Shown one piece after another: positions 26,170 through 36,008 of a DNA stretch of 64,000 nt; position 1 is the first letter of the stretch; every line of letters begins with the position of its first letter. The notes under the pieces are model-generated. The model ran no database searches. It saw only the letters and a list, made by a program, of their open reading frames with translations, and had not been told where the DNA came from. Source of the DNA: Actinomycetota bacterium (GTDB lineage Bacteria > Actinomycetota > Thermoleophilia > Solirubrobacterales > 70-9); NCBI GenBank assembly GCA_018268655.1, contig JAFDWC010000002.1, positions 2,022-66,021 on the forward strand, read 5' to 3'. The translations under genes were made by a program, and so were the position numbers.

Positions 26170-27096
26170 TCAGACCACGGCCAGCGGTGAGACCATCGAT
26201 GCGGTCGAGCCTTTGGTCTTGTTCGGGGCCATCACGAAGAGAAATTCGGACGCGCCCCGCTCAACCAGGGCGGCGGTCTTGATGTTCTCGAGGATGTAGG
26301 TGCCGGTCTCGGCCAGGAAGTGCTGGTGGACCACCAGGAGATGGTCCTCACGCTCGGGCGGCCATACCTCGAGACACCAGTTGTCGGCTCCGGCAAGCGA
26401 GATGCGCCGGTCGGTCAACCAATGTGCGCCATCCCATCCGAGTCCGGGCTCGAGTGCGCCGTAACGCTCGTTATCGAGCTTCCACAGCTTCGACCAGCCG
26501 GTGTGGAAGAGGACGACGTCCCCGGGCCCGATCTCAACTCCCTGGCGCTCGCACGCCGCTTCGATGTGGTCTGGATCGATCGCGAACCCCTCGACCAGCA
26601 TCTCCTCGCCGAGCAGTCCGGCGATGTCGAGGCACACTCCCTTGGCCAGCCACGGAGGGGCCTTCTCGATCCCAAGCCTGGTGAGACCCGTGGGCTCGTA
26701 GATGTCCTTGTAGTGGTGGCCGTTGTAGTGGCGACCGCCGACGCCGAGATGCCCGAGCCCGTCGAGGTGACAGCCGATCTGATAGGTCGCGCTCACCTGC
26801 TCCTCGAAGGAGGTCGGCTGGGTGGTCTCCGGGTCGAGCATGTAACCGTCGAGGGTCCAGTGGGCGAGGATCAGCTGATGCCAACCGCGCGGCGGATACG
26901 CCGGGATGCCAGGCTCGAGCAGCTGAGCGAGCTCGAGGATCTCGCCCTTCCTCGGGATCGTCAAGGCCGACATCACCCGCTCCGGGGTCAGCTCGTTGCC
27001 GGCGCCCAGTTCGTCCTCGGCGCCGTAGCGTGACGGCCACCACTGGGGGCTGTCGATCCCGTTTCCGTCGTAGCGGTGTGGAGAGTCCTCAGACAC
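26170..27096 (-). CDS. cyclase family protein (kynurenine-formamidase-like metal hydrolase fold), variant motif
   Basis: Cyclase-family layout with QIGCHLDGLGHLG in place of the usual HxGTHxDxPxH. GTG start with an AAGGAGG SD. Overlaps the permease 3' end by 8 bp. Confidence 0.7.
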   Translation of the reverse strand: MSEDSPHRYDGNGIDSPQWWPSRYGAEDELGAGNELTPERVMSALTIPRKGEILELAQLLEPGIPAYPPRGWHQLILAHWTLDGYMLDPETTQPTSFEEQVSATYQIGCHLDGLGHLGVGGRHYNGHHYKDIYEPTGLTRLGIEKAPPWLAKGVCLDIAGLLGEEMLVEGFAIDPDHIEAACERQGVEIGPGDVVLFHTGWSKLWKLDNERYGALEPGLGWDGAHWLTDRRISLAGADNWCLEVWPPEREDHLLVVHQHFLAETGTYILENIKTAALVERGASEFLFVMAPNKTKGSTASMVSPLAVV

Positions 27097-28588
27097 TGGT
27101 TCCTCCTTGGGCGGTGGTGGGCAATGCCACGGCGGGAACAGGTTCGTCCGGCGGATCGTCGTCGATGAAGACCGAACCGAGCGCCGCGACGCTCTCGGGA
27201 TCCCTGCTGCGCAGGTAAAGGAGATAGACCAATCCGAAGACCATCCATCCCAGTGCGATCCAGATCCCGGTTTTCGCCGGGTAGGCCAGCGGGGCGATCC
27301 CGAGGCCGGCGAAGTCGATTCCGAAGGAGGCGACCTCTACCGGAATGAAGATGACCGCCACCAGGATCGGGATCACGAGGTGCAGGAGCGCGTTGAATTC
27401 GGACCGACGCTCACGCCAGAAGTAGCCACCGCTGGCGAGCGAGGTGATCACGTAGATCGGGATGAAGACGATCGTCAACGCGGTACCGAAGATCGCGAAG
27501 ACGTCGAGTGGTCCACTGGTGATGAAGCCAACGACGATCCCGATCGTCAAGGTGGAAAGGATGAGCAGCACGATCGCGGCCGTAGGCGTCTCGTAGCGCG
27601 GGTGAACCTTGCTGAGGAAGCGCGGGAGGATGCCGATCCGCGCCAGCGCGAATCCCATCCGGCTGCCGGCCAGGGTCGACCCGTTGCAGCAGGCGAGGAC
27701 GCTGTTCAGGACTGCGAAGAGGACGAGGATCCCAGCCCCGCTCCAGACGTGGTTGCCGAGCTCCCGGAACGGGTCGCCGCCATTGATTTCCGAGAACCCA
27801 GACATGTGTTCGGGCCCGACGTAGACGGCCGCCGCGTAGTACACGAGCAGGTAGAAGACGCCGACACCGATCGCCGATCCGATGATTGCCAGCGGCACGT
27901 TCCGCCGCGGATGGTTCGACTCCTCGGCGATCGGTGCCGCCGCCTCGAAGCCGATGAAAGCGAGGACGGTGTAGATCATTCCGGCGACCACCGAGCCCAG
28001 GCCGTGTTCGTTGCCCACATGCGCGCCGAAGACGGACAGCGTATTACTCGATCCCGCATTGCCGATGAGGGTGAAGGCGAGGACGACGAAGATGATCATC
28101 TCGACGCCGCCGAGGATGACGCCGGCCTTGGTCGAGATTCCCACACCTCGATAGGCGAGAATCCCGATCGCGAGCGCCGCCGCGGCAGCAATGGGTGCCC
28201 ACAGCCAACTCGGCGCGCCGGAGAACTCATTGCTGATCAGCAGCCCAAAGAATCCCCAGTACAGGATCGGGATGAACGCGTAGCCCATGATCATTCCCCA
28301 GCCGGTGAGGAAGCCGAGGTTGGTCCCGACACCGTGGGTTACGTACGTGTAAAGGCCGCCGGCCGATGGCAGATGACGGCTGAGTTGACCGATGGTGATC
28401 GCCACCAGGACGATCGCGACCATTGCGACCAGAATGGTCAGCGGCGTGCTGCCGCCTGCGTACACCGTCGTGAACAACAGGCCGCTCGCCGCTCCACCAG
28501 CCGGCGCGATCGTGGTGATCGACTGGAAGAGGGTCGGGACCAATCCGACCTTGTTCGCATCCAGGTGAGTGCTCTCCTCACTGCTCAT
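27089..28588 (-). CDS. APC-family amino acid/polyamine permease
   Basis: 499 aa, 12-TM-like. N-terminal LVPTLFQSITTIAPAGG resembles the APC signature. Confidence 0.85.
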   Translation of the reverse strand: MSSEESTHLDANKVGLVPTLFQSITTIAPAGGAASGLLFTTVYAGGSTPLTILVAMVAIVLVAITIGQLSRHLPSAGGLYTYVTHGVGTNLGFLTGWGMIMGYAFIPILYWGFFGLLISNEFSGAPSWLWAPIAAAAALAIGILAYRGVGISTKAGVILGGVEMIIFVVLAFTLIGNAGSSNTLSVFGAHVGNEHGLGSVVAGMIYTVLAFIGFEAAAPIAEESNHPRRNVPLAIIGSAIGVGVFYLLVYYAAAVYVGPEHMSGFSEINGGDPFRELGNHVWSGAGILVLFAVLNSVLACCNGSTLAGSRMGFALARIGILPRFLSKVHPRYETPTAAIVLLILSTLTIGIVVGFITSGPLDVFAIFGTALTIVFIPIYVITSLASGGYFWRERRSEFNALLHLVIPILVAVIFIPVEVASFGIDFAGLGIAPLAYPAKTGIWIALGWMVFGLVYLLYLRSRDPESVAALGSVFIDDDPPDEPVPAVALPTTAQGGTSV

Positions 28589-28607
28589 TCCTTCGTAACC
28601 CCCGTGT

Positions 28608-29633
28608 TCAGGCTCTGCTCGTGGCAGAGCTCGGATCCAGTAGCGCCTTCCCGCGCCCCGCGATTCCCTGTGCGTCCAGTTCGTAGTGCCGGTAGAGATG
28701 CGTCGGCGGTCCGATCAGTGAGTACTCGTCCGCCGGCAGGCCGAGTCGCCCGAGCCTCACTCCGTCGACTCCCCCGTCGACCAGCGCGTCCGCGCAGGCG
28801 CTGGCGAGGCCGCCGTAGACGTTGTGCTCCTCGACGACCAGGAGGTGGCCGCAGCTTCGCGCGACCTCGCACAGACCATCGGCGTCGAAAGGCCGAACGG
28901 TGTGCGCATCGAGGACAGAGCACTCGATCCCGTCGGCGACGAGGAGCTCGGCCGCCTCGAGGGCGGGCGCGACGGTGATCCCGTTCGCCACGATCGCGAG
29001 GTCCGCTCCGCGGCGGAGCTCGGCGAGCTTGCCAACCTCGAAGGTCTCGGCGGCGGCGTCGTAGACGTCGGGCTCCCGTCCCCTGCCGATCCGGAAATAG
29101 ATCGGCCCGTCACGGTCGACGGTGCTCCGCAGGGCTGCCCTGGTGCTGGCGGCGTCACATGGGCAGATCACGGTCATGCCCGCCATCGCCCGCATCAGCC
29201 CCAGCTCCTCGGTCGCGTGATGAGAGGTGCCGTAGAAGCCGAGCGAGATACCGGCGTGATGGGCGAGCAGGCGTACCGGCAACCCGGGATAGGCGAGGTC
29301 GGTGCGGATCTGCTCGGCGCAGAGCAGGCCGAGAAAGCTGGCAAAGGTCGCCGCGTACGGACGCAAGCCAAAGGTCGCCATCCCGGCCGCCACCGAGACC
29401 ATGTTCTGCTCGGCGATGCCGAGGTTGTAGAAGCGCCCCGGGTGGCGCTTCTCGAAGTCGACGGTGCGGTTCGAGTACTTGAGGTCGCCGGTCAGGACGA
29501 CGATGCGCGGATCGTCGTCCGCGAGATCGGCCAGGACTTCCCCTGACACCGCCGCCCGCGAGAGCCCCTCGGAGGTTGCCATGTCCCAGCTGGCTTGGTC
29601 CGCCGGGACCGGCGCCCGGAACCGGTCAGGCAT
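28608..29633 (-). CDS. transketolase family protein, C-terminal (pyrimidine-binding) subunit
   Basis: RFYNLGIAEQNMVSVAAGMA ... TSHHATEELGLMRAMAGM are typical of the split-transketolase B subunit. Confidence 0.85.
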   Translation of the reverse strand: MPDRFRAPVPADQASWDMATSEGLSRAAVSGEVLADLADDDPRIVVLTGDLKYSNRTVDFEKRHPGRFYNLGIAEQNMVSVAAGMATFGLRPYAATFASFLGLLCAEQIRTDLAYPGLPVRLLAHHAGISLGFYGTSHHATEELGLMRAMAGMTVICPCDAASTRAALRSTVDRDGPIYFRIGRGREPDVYDAAAETFEVGKLAELRRGADLAIVANGITVAPALEAAELLVADGIECSVLDAHTVRPFDADGLCEVARSCGHLLVVEEHNVYGGLASACADALVDGGVDGVRLGRLGLPADEYSLIGPPTHLYRHYELDAQGIAGRGKALLDPSSATSRA

Positions 29634-30471
29634 CTGCCGCCAACTCCTCCAGAGCCACCTCGGCGTCGGCAGGCGCCAGGTACCCGAGGTGCCAGGTACG
29701 CGACAGCTCCATATAGCCGATGCCCTTGCCCTTGACGGTCGCCGCGATCACGCAGGTCGGCCGGCCGCGCTGCACTCGCTCGACGGAGCCGAGCACCTCC
29801 AGCAGGGCCACGGGATCGTGGCCGTCCACGTGCCGCACATCCCAGCCAAAGGAGGCGAACTTGGCGTCGATCGGCTCGACGGCCATCACCTCCTCGGTCA
29901 TGCCGTCGAGGCCCATCTGGTTGCGATCGACGATCGCGCAGAGGTTCCCGAGCTGGAAGTGGGCGGCCGCGGTGGCCGCCTCCCACACCTGGCCCTCGTT
30001 CAGCTCCTGGTCGCCGAGGAGGACCCATGGCCGCGTCTCGGCGAACCCTTCCGATCGCGCTGCGAGAGCCATGCCGACCCCGATCGAGAGACCGTGCCCG
30101 ATCGACCCCGAGGAGAAATCGACCCCGGGGACCCGGCGCATGTCGGGATGGTCCCCGAGCGGGCTCCCCAGGCGGGTGTATTCGTCCAGCCAGTCCGTCG
30201 GGAAATAGCCGCGTTCGGCGAGCAGCGGATAGAGGCCGACGGCGGCGTGGCCCTTGGAGATGATCAGCCGGTCGCGCTCAGGCGACTGCGGATCGTCGTC
30301 GATCCGCATGATCCCCGAATAGAGAGCGGCGAAAATCTCCGCGCAGGAGAAGACGCTCGTGTAGTGGCCGCTTTTCGCGATCCCGATCAGTCGAACCGTC
30401 TCGCGGCGGACGAGCGCTGCCCGCCTCCTGACCTCGGCGACCACCGCGGGGGCGGGGGCGGCCTGACTCAA
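29626..30471 (-). CDS. transketolase, N-terminal (TPP-binding) subunit
   Basis: SGHYTSVFSCAEIFAALY, GSIGHGLSIGVGMALA, LLGDQELNEGQVWEAA. The TTG start overlaps the IclR stop (TTGA). Confidence 0.85.
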   Translation of the reverse strand: MSQAAPAPAVVAEVRRRAALVRRETVRLIGIAKSGHYTSVFSCAEIFAALYSGIMRIDDDPQSPERDRLIISKGHAAVGLYPLLAERGYFPTDWLDEYTRLGSPLGDHPDMRRVPGVDFSSGSIGHGLSIGVGMALAARSEGFAETRPWVLLGDQELNEGQVWEAATAAAHFQLGNLCAIVDRNQMGLDGMTEEVMAVEPIDAKFASFGWDVRHVDGHDPVALLEVLGSVERVQRGRPTCVIAATVKGKGIGYMELSRTWHLGYLAPADAEVALEELAADA

Positions 30472-31292
30472 CGAACCGAACCCCCCGAGGACGAAGCTGA
30501 CGCGGCCTCGCTCCCTTCGTGGCCAAGCCCGGCGGAGATCTCCCTTGCGCCGGTCACGATCAGGTCGCGGACTCCCTTCTGCTCATCGAGGATCATGTCC
30601 CGGACCCCGCTCGCCGAGAGGGCGGCGCAGATCCTGCCCCGACCATCGAAGACCGGAGCACCAAGCGCCGCGATCCCCGGCGTCACGTCCTGGTCGGAGG
30701 TCGCGTATCCGTCGGAGCGAATCTGCTCGAGCTCGGCGATCAGCCAGGCGGCTGTCAGCGCGGGTCCTCCGCCCCCCTGCTCGAGGTCGCTGCCGGCCAC
30801 GTACTCGTGCCAGTTCTCCCGCGGCTCGTACGCGAGCAACGTTCGTGGCGCGGCACCGAGATGGAGCGGCAGCGAGCCACCGAGCTGCAGCGCGAGCGTG
30901 TTCACCTGGCGCCCGTCGAAGCGCTCGATGCAAACCGCCTCGTCGCCCCGCCGCAGGCAGAGGAAGATCGTGTCGTCGGTCTCGTCATGGATCCGCTCCA
31001 TCACCGGCAGGGCGATCTCGCGAACATCGAGTCGTGCCTGCACCGCGGTGCCGAGCCGCAGCAGCTTGAGCCCGAGTCGATGGGTTCCGCGGCGTGAGCC
31101 CGGGTCGACGAACCCGAGTTGCTGCAGGGTCGAGAGCATCCGGTAGACGGAGCTGCGCGGCTCGTCGAGGTCCTCGGCCAGCTCGGCGGCCGTGGCCTCC
31201 CGCCTGGCAGAGAGGAGATCGAGCAACGCCGCCGCTTTGGCGAGCGTCTGCAGGGTGTTGTCGGCGGAGCTTCGCGCCATCAGATCAGGCAC
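30468..31292 (-). CDS. IclR family transcriptional regulator
   Basis: N-terminal wHTH (TAAELAEDLDEPRSSVYRMLSTLQQLGFV) plus an IclR effector domain. Start GTG 31292 or ATG 31280. Confidence 0.85.
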   Translation of the reverse strand: MPDLMARSSADNTLQTLAKAAALLDLLSARREATAAELAEDLDEPRSSVYRMLSTLQQLGFVDPGSRRGTHRLGLKLLRLGTAVQARLDVREIALPVMERIHDETDDTIFLCLRRGDEAVCIERFDGRQVNTLALQLGGSLPLHLGAAPRTLLAYEPRENWHEYVAGSDLEQGGGGPALTAAWLIAELEQIRSDGYATSDQDVTPGIAALGAPVFDGRGRICAALSASGVRDMILDEQKGVRDLIVTGAREISAGLGHEGSEAASASSSGGSVR

Positions 31293-31411
31293 ACCCCGGG
31301 GCTCGGCGCCGGCCGCGACTTGTTCTCGTTATGCAGAGCATCAGTCCACATGACAGATCCTTTTGTACCAGATTTCGGACACGCTGTCTGGAATACGATA
31401 ATGTATTGCCC

Positions 31412-32692
31412 ATGGGAGCACTCGAAGGCAGCCACCTCTGGCATCCGTTCGCCGACATGACCGCAGTGATCGGCAACGAGCTCGTAATCGATCGCGCCGA
31501 GGGCGTCTGGCTCTGGGATGAGGAGGGGAACCGCTACCTCGACGCGACCTCGGGCCTCTGGTACGCGAACGTCGGCCACGGGCGGGCCCGTATGGCGGAG
31601 GCGATCAGCGCCCAGATCCGCCGCCTGGACGTCTACTCGACGTTCAACGACTTCACCAACCGTCCCGCCGAGGATCTCGCCGCCCGGCTCTCCGAGCTCT
31701 CCCCGCTCCCCGATGCGAAGGTCTTCCTCGGGAACGGGGGAGGCGACGGAATCGAGTCGGCGGCCAAGCTGGCGCGCCTCCACTTCGCGCTCCGGGGTGA
31801 ACCCGAGCGTCGTCACGTGATCGGCCGTGTCGATGGCTTCCACGGAGCCTTCGCCTTCGGGACCAGCATCGGCGGGATCGACGCCAACCAACGCCACTTC
31901 GGAGAGCTGGTGAGGGAGACCTCCCAGGTCGACGCCCAGTCGATCGATGCCCTGGCCGCGGAGATCGAGGCGATCGGGCCCGAACGCATCGCGGCCTTCT
32001 TCTTCGAGCCGGTGATCGGCGCCGGAGGTGTCCTCTTCCCGGCCGACGGCTACCTCCGCGACGCACTCGACCTCTGTCGCTCCCACGGCATCCTCACCGT
32101 CGCGGACGAGGTCATCTGCGCCTTCGGACGGCTGGGCGAGTGGTTCGGCGTCGAGCGCTTCGGCGTCACCCCCGACATGCTCGTCTTCGCCAAGGGAGTC
32201 ACCTCCGGCTACCTGCCGCTAGGGGGCGTGATCGTCTCCGCCGAGATCGCCGAGCCCCTCTGGTACGGAAACCCCGGCAATTCGTTCCGCCACGGAGCTA
32301 CCTACGCCGGGCATCCCACCTGCTGCGCGGCGGCCCTGACCAATCTCGAGATCCTCGAGGAGGAGGGTCTACTCGCCCGCAGCCGGGAGCTCGAGGATCC
32401 GCTCCACTCCGTGCTCGCCTCGCTCGCAGAGCACCCAACGATCGGCGAGGTACGAGCCGGCCCGGGCCTCCTCGGCGCACTCGAAATCGATCCCGCCCTC
32501 CGCGCCGAACGTCCCGCGATCGTCCTCGACACCCACCGCGCCGCCCGCCGGAACGAAGTGATGGTCCGGCCGCTCCTCGACGCGATCGCCGTCTCCCCTC
32601 CCCTGATCGTCGACCAAGCCCACCTCGACCTGATCGGTACTGGCCTGTGGGCCGCCCTCGACGAGGTCGTGGCCGACGGGGAGCCGTCCTAG
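31412..32692 (+). CDS. class-III (omega-type) PLP aminotransferase
   Basis: LWHPFADM..., YLDATSGLWYANVGHG, ADEVICAFGRLG, and FAKGVTSGYLPLGG with the PLP lysine. Confidence 0.85.
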   Translation: MGALEGSHLWHPFADMTAVIGNELVIDRAEGVWLWDEEGNRYLDATSGLWYANVGHGRARMAEAISAQIRRLDVYSTFNDFTNRPAEDLAARLSELSPLPDAKVFLGNGGGDGIESAAKLARLHFALRGEPERRHVIGRVDGFHGAFAFGTSIGGIDANQRHFGELVRETSQVDAQSIDALAAEIEAIGPERIAAFFFEPVIGAGGVLFPADGYLRDALDLCRSHGILTVADEVICAFGRLGEWFGVERFGVTPDMLVFAKGVTSGYLPLGGVIVSAEIAEPLWYGNPGNSFRHGATYAGHPTCCAAALTNLEILEEEGLLARSRELEDPLHSVLASLAEHPTIGEVRAGPGLLGALEIDPALRAERPAIVLDTHRAARRNEVMVRPLLDAIAVSPPLIVDQAHLDLIGTGLWAALDEVVADGEPS

Positions 32693-32695
32693 CCG

Positions 32696-33799
32696 ATGGC
32701 AGCCGCGCTCGAAGGCCTGAAGGTGGTGGAGTTCGCCCGGTACATATCCGGGCCCTATTGCGGCCTGATCCTTGCCGATCTCGGCGCCGAGGTGATCAAG
32801 GTCGAGACCCCCGGCGGCGATCCGTCGCGTCGCGAGGGGCCGTGGGTCGGAGACAGGAGCGGCTACTTCGCCCAGATGAACCGAAACAAGCGTGGCGTCG
32901 TCCTCGACACCAGGGCCGAGGACGGAAAGGCGGAGCTGAGGAGACTGCTCGGCGAGGCCGACGTCTTCATCGAGAACTTCCGGCCGGGGATCCTGTCCGC
33001 GATGGGGTTCGGGCCCGAGGAACTCGAGCAACTGAACCCTCGGCTCATCTCCGCCAGCGTCTCGGGCTTCGGATCCGATTCGCCGCTCGGCGACCGCGCC
33101 GCGTTCGACTGCATCCTGCAGTCCCTCAGCGGTCTCGCCTGGACCACCGGCGGCGCCGACGACGACGAGCCGCTTCTGATCGGCACCTATCTCGTCGACG
33201 TCGCCGCCGGCCTGACGGCGGCCATCGGGGTTCTCGCGGCGCTCGTTCAACGTGCGGGCGACGAGCTCGGTCAGCACGTGGACGTGACCATGGTCGACGC
33301 GGCGCTGGCCATGCTCGGGGTCGAGGCGATCGCCGCGACGGTCGGCGAGGATCCCCCGCGGATGCGCAATCACGACCGCACCTCCGCCCCGGCCAACGCC
33401 TACCAGGCAAGCGACGGCTGGATCTACGTCCACGCCGGCCCCGACCACTTCTGGCAACGAGCGATGGAGGTCACCGATCAGCCGCATGCGCTCGAGCTCC
33501 CAGAGCTGGCGACCGAGTCGGCCCGGGTCGAGAACCGCGAGCTCGGGGACGGCTTCCTGGCTTCCTGGATAAGGCACCACACGGTCGCGGAGGGGATCGA
33601 GGCGTTCTCCTCGGCAGGGGTGCCGGTGGCGAAGATCAACACCGTCACCGAGGCACTCGCGGATCCGGAGCTGGGGATCGCCGAGCGAATGACGACCTTC
33701 ACCGACGGTGATGGGAACGAGTTCACCGCCCCCCTCTCGCCCCTCCGCCTGAGCCGCTCGCCGATCATCCAGCGGCACGGCGTCCCGGACCTCGACTGA
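32696..33799 (+). CDS. family III CoA-transferase (CaiB/BaiF)
   Basis: LEGLKVVEFARYISGPYCGLILADLGAEVIKVE, NRNKRGVVLD, ENFRPG. Confidence 0.85.
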   Translation: MAAALEGLKVVEFARYISGPYCGLILADLGAEVIKVETPGGDPSRREGPWVGDRSGYFAQMNRNKRGVVLDTRAEDGKAELRRLLGEADVFIENFRPGILSAMGFGPEELEQLNPRLISASVSGFGSDSPLGDRAAFDCILQSLSGLAWTTGGADDDEPLLIGTYLVDVAAGLTAAIGVLAALVQRAGDELGQHVDVTMVDAALAMLGVEAIAATVGEDPPRMRNHDRTSAPANAYQASDGWIYVHAGPDHFWQRAMEVTDQPHALELPELATESARVENRELGDGFLASWIRHHTVAEGIEAFSSAGVPVAKINTVTEALADPELGIAERMTTFTDGDGNEFTAPLSPLRLSRSPIIQRHGVPDLD

Positions 33800-34545
33800 T
33801 GAGCGCGCCGACCGGGCTCGTTACAGGCGGGACCCACGGGATCGGGCGCGCCTGCGTCGAGCGCCTCCTCGAAGACGGTTGGCAGGTCGCCTTCACCGGC
33901 CGCGACGCCGAGGCCGGCCGAGCGCTCGCCGAACTCGGAGGCGCGACGTTTCTCGAGTGCGACGTGACCGATGACGCGGCGCTCGAGCATGCCGTCGCCG
34001 CAGCGGTGTCGCTCGGCCAGGGGAGCCTGGCCGGCCTGGTGAACAACGCCGGGATCACTCGACGGGCCGACTTCGGAGACACGGAGGTCATCGATTGGGA
34101 CGACCTTTTCGCGGTCAACGCGCGCGCCGCCTACCTGACGACTCGCCTCTGCCTGCCCTCGCTTCGCCAGGCGGCCGGAGCGGTCGTCAACGTCGCCTCC
34201 GTCGCCGGCGCCACCGGCGAGGAGGGCCTCAGCATCTACAGCGCGACGAAGGGCGCGCTGATCACGCTCACCGAATCGCTCGCCCTGGAGCTCGGTCCGG
34301 CGATCAGGGTCAACGCCGTCTGCCCGGGCCAGATCGCGACCCGGATCATGAGTCGGGTCACGAACGATCCGGAGAGCAGCCGCCGCGTCTGCCGGCGGAT
34401 CCCGGCGGGGCGGCTCGGCCGCCCGGATGAGGTGGCGGCCGTAATCGCCTGGCTCCTGTCCGCTGAGGCCTCCTATGTCAACGGGGTGGCGCTGAAAGTC
34501 GACGGCGGCGAGACGGCCGGCATCCGATCCGAGCGGGAGGACTGA
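33799..34545 (+). CDS. SDR family oxidoreductase
   Basis: VTGGTHGIGRA, NNAG, YSATKGA catalytic YxxxK. The ATG shares 1 nt with the upstream stop. Confidence 0.85.
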   Translation: MSAPTGLVTGGTHGIGRACVERLLEDGWQVAFTGRDAEAGRALAELGGATFLECDVTDDAALEHAVAAAVSLGQGSLAGLVNNAGITRRADFGDTEVIDWDDLFAVNARAAYLTTRLCLPSLRQAAGAVVNVASVAGATGEEGLSIYSATKGALITLTESLALELGPAIRVNAVCPGQIATRIMSRVTNDPESSRRVCRRIPAGRLGRPDEVAAVIAWLLSAEASYVNGVALKVDGGETAGIRSERED

Positions 34546-34549
34546 AGAG

Positions 34550-35485
34550 ATGGACTGGACCCTGGCCGGCAAGGACCTCAAGGAGGCGACCTTCGAGGCG
34601 ATGGAGGTGGGCGAGCGACTGGGACCGATCGAGGTCGTCGTCGACGATCACTATGTCAAGCAGTTCGCGTTCGCCGTCGACGACTACGCCCCGATCTCCA
34701 ACGGCGAGGCCAGCAGCGCCCACGCGGCGATCCTCGTCCCCGAGCTGCTCCGTCTCCTGAACGTCAACTATGACCCCAATACCGAAGTCGGCCTCCACCA
34801 GCGCGAGGAGGTCTGGATCCAATCCCTCCCCCGGGTCGGCGAGCGGGTGACCCTGGTCGGCGAGTTCGTCGACAAGTTCGTCAAACGGGAAAAGGGCTAC
34901 GTCGTCACCGACGCCTCGGCCCACTCGGCCGAGGACGGCCGGCTGCTGGTGAGGCACCGCTCCACCGAGGTCGCCAAGGTCGACGAAGACGTGGTCATGG
35001 CCTCGGGCTCCGCCGCGAAGCCGTCGCGGTCGGTCAACGGCGAGTACCCGACCGACCGACCGCCGGCCAAGTCCTACGAGCCCGAGCTCCCGCCGGGCAC
35101 CCCCTTCCTCGGACCGACCAAGTACCTCCACCAGGATCAGATCTCTGTCTTCTCCAACGTCGGCTACTTCTGGCGGACCATCCACACCGATCTCGACGCC
35201 GCGGCGAAGGCCGGGTCGAATCGGACGATCGCTCAGGGCCTGATGGAGGCGATGTACATCTCCGAGCTCGGCTCCGCAATCTTCGGCTCCGCCTGGGCAC
35301 GGTCAGGCTGGATGTCGCTCGTGTTCCTGGCCCCGGTCTACCCGAACGACACCGTGGTCGCCAAAGCCGTTCTCCTCTCGCCCGACGCTCGAGAAGATCC
35401 CGAACGCGTCGAGCTCGAGAGCTGGGTGGAGAATCAGGACGGAACGAAGGTCGCCGTTGGATGGATCGGCGCCACGGTCCCTTGA
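34550..35485 (+). CDS. MaoC-like double hot-dog (R-specific enoyl-CoA hydratase/dehydratase-like) protein
   Basis: 311 aa with two hot-dog-like halves. The C-terminal half carries FWRTIHTDLDAAAKAGSNRTIAQG (MaoC motif-like). Confidence 0.65.
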   Translation: MDWTLAGKDLKEATFEAMEVGERLGPIEVVVDDHYVKQFAFAVDDYAPISNGEASSAHAAILVPELLRLLNVNYDPNTEVGLHQREEVWIQSLPRVGERVTLVGEFVDKFVKREKGYVVTDASAHSAEDGRLLVRHRSTEVAKVDEDVVMASGSAAKPSRSVNGEYPTDRPPAKSYEPELPPGTPFLGPTKYLHQDQISVFSNVGYFWRTIHTDLDAAAKAGSNRTIAQGLMEAMYISELGSAIFGSAWARSGWMSLVFLAPVYPNDTVVAKAVLLSPDAREDPERVELESWVENQDGTKVAVGWIGATVP

Positions 35486-35579
35486 GGCACAGCGTCCGCT
35501 GACGCCGACCGCAGTCCACGGACGTCACCTCGCCTGGCTGCAGACAATCGACGTCCACCAGCTCTTGAACCGACCCCGG

Positions 35580-35605
35580 GGCGCCGGCGGGCGAAATCCG
35601 GCGCC
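35580..35605. terminator. bidirectional terminator-like hairpin between convergent genes
   Basis: GGCGCCGG-10 nt-CCGGCGCC, a perfect 8-bp GC stem. Confidence 0.35.
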
Positions 35606-35784
35606 TAGCTCTCGTCGACGCCCAGGACCCGCCAGACGAGCGGGGCGTCGGCGGCGATCCGGTCGAGCTCGCGATCGGCGTTGACGGCGAGGCTCGAGAG
35701 CAGCTCGGCGCGATCGGTGGCCGCGAAGCCGGCGAGACCCTCACCGAGGGCGAGCAGCCATTTGCCGTCGTGGTCGACCAGCAT
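35605..35784 (-). CDS. small hypothetical protein (59 aa)
   Basis: GAGGAG SD 7 nt before the ATG at 35784, and high GC3. No family recognised. Lies just downstream of tRNA-fragment copy B. Confidence 0.35.
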   Translation of the reverse strand: MLVDHDGKWLLALGEGLAGFAATDRAELLSSLAVNADRELDRIAADAPLVWRVLGVDES

Positions 35785-35904
35785 CGCCGGCTCCTCGCCG
35801 CCCGACCCACACATCAGACCGCGACCTGCCCCACGGCCCTCTTCGAGCCAGCAGAAGAACCGCCAAAACCCCGTAATCCCGCTTCCCAAGCGGAATCCCG
35901 CGAA

Positions 35905-35951
35905 CGCTCCAGACAGGATTCGAACCCATGACCTTCGGTTTCGTAGTCCGG
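35905..35951 (-). repeat. copy B of the tRNA-Arg 3' half (42/47 identical); candidate att site
   Basis: CGCTCCAGACAGGATTCGAACCCATGACCTTCGGTTTCGTAGTCCGG versus 58562-58608. Covers the anticodon arm through the discriminator. No 5' half present. Confidence 0.7.
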
Positions 35952-36008
35952 CAACGGAGCGTTGCATCTGTGTGGCGCCTTGCCCCAGTTCTTGCCCCAG
36001 GGCAGTTG

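Noticed and set aside
35905-35975. Copy B as a possible D-arm-less mini-tRNA. ACGCTCCG (5') could pair with CTGGAGCGT (3') as an 8-bp acceptor stem around the anticodon and T arms.
   Set aside because: The T-stem and anticodon-stem carry disruptive substitutions (CCCATG for CCTGTG, and C.A and A.A in the anticodon stem). Copy C, otherwise homologous, lacks the complementary 5' segment. This is most likely coincidence within an att remnant.
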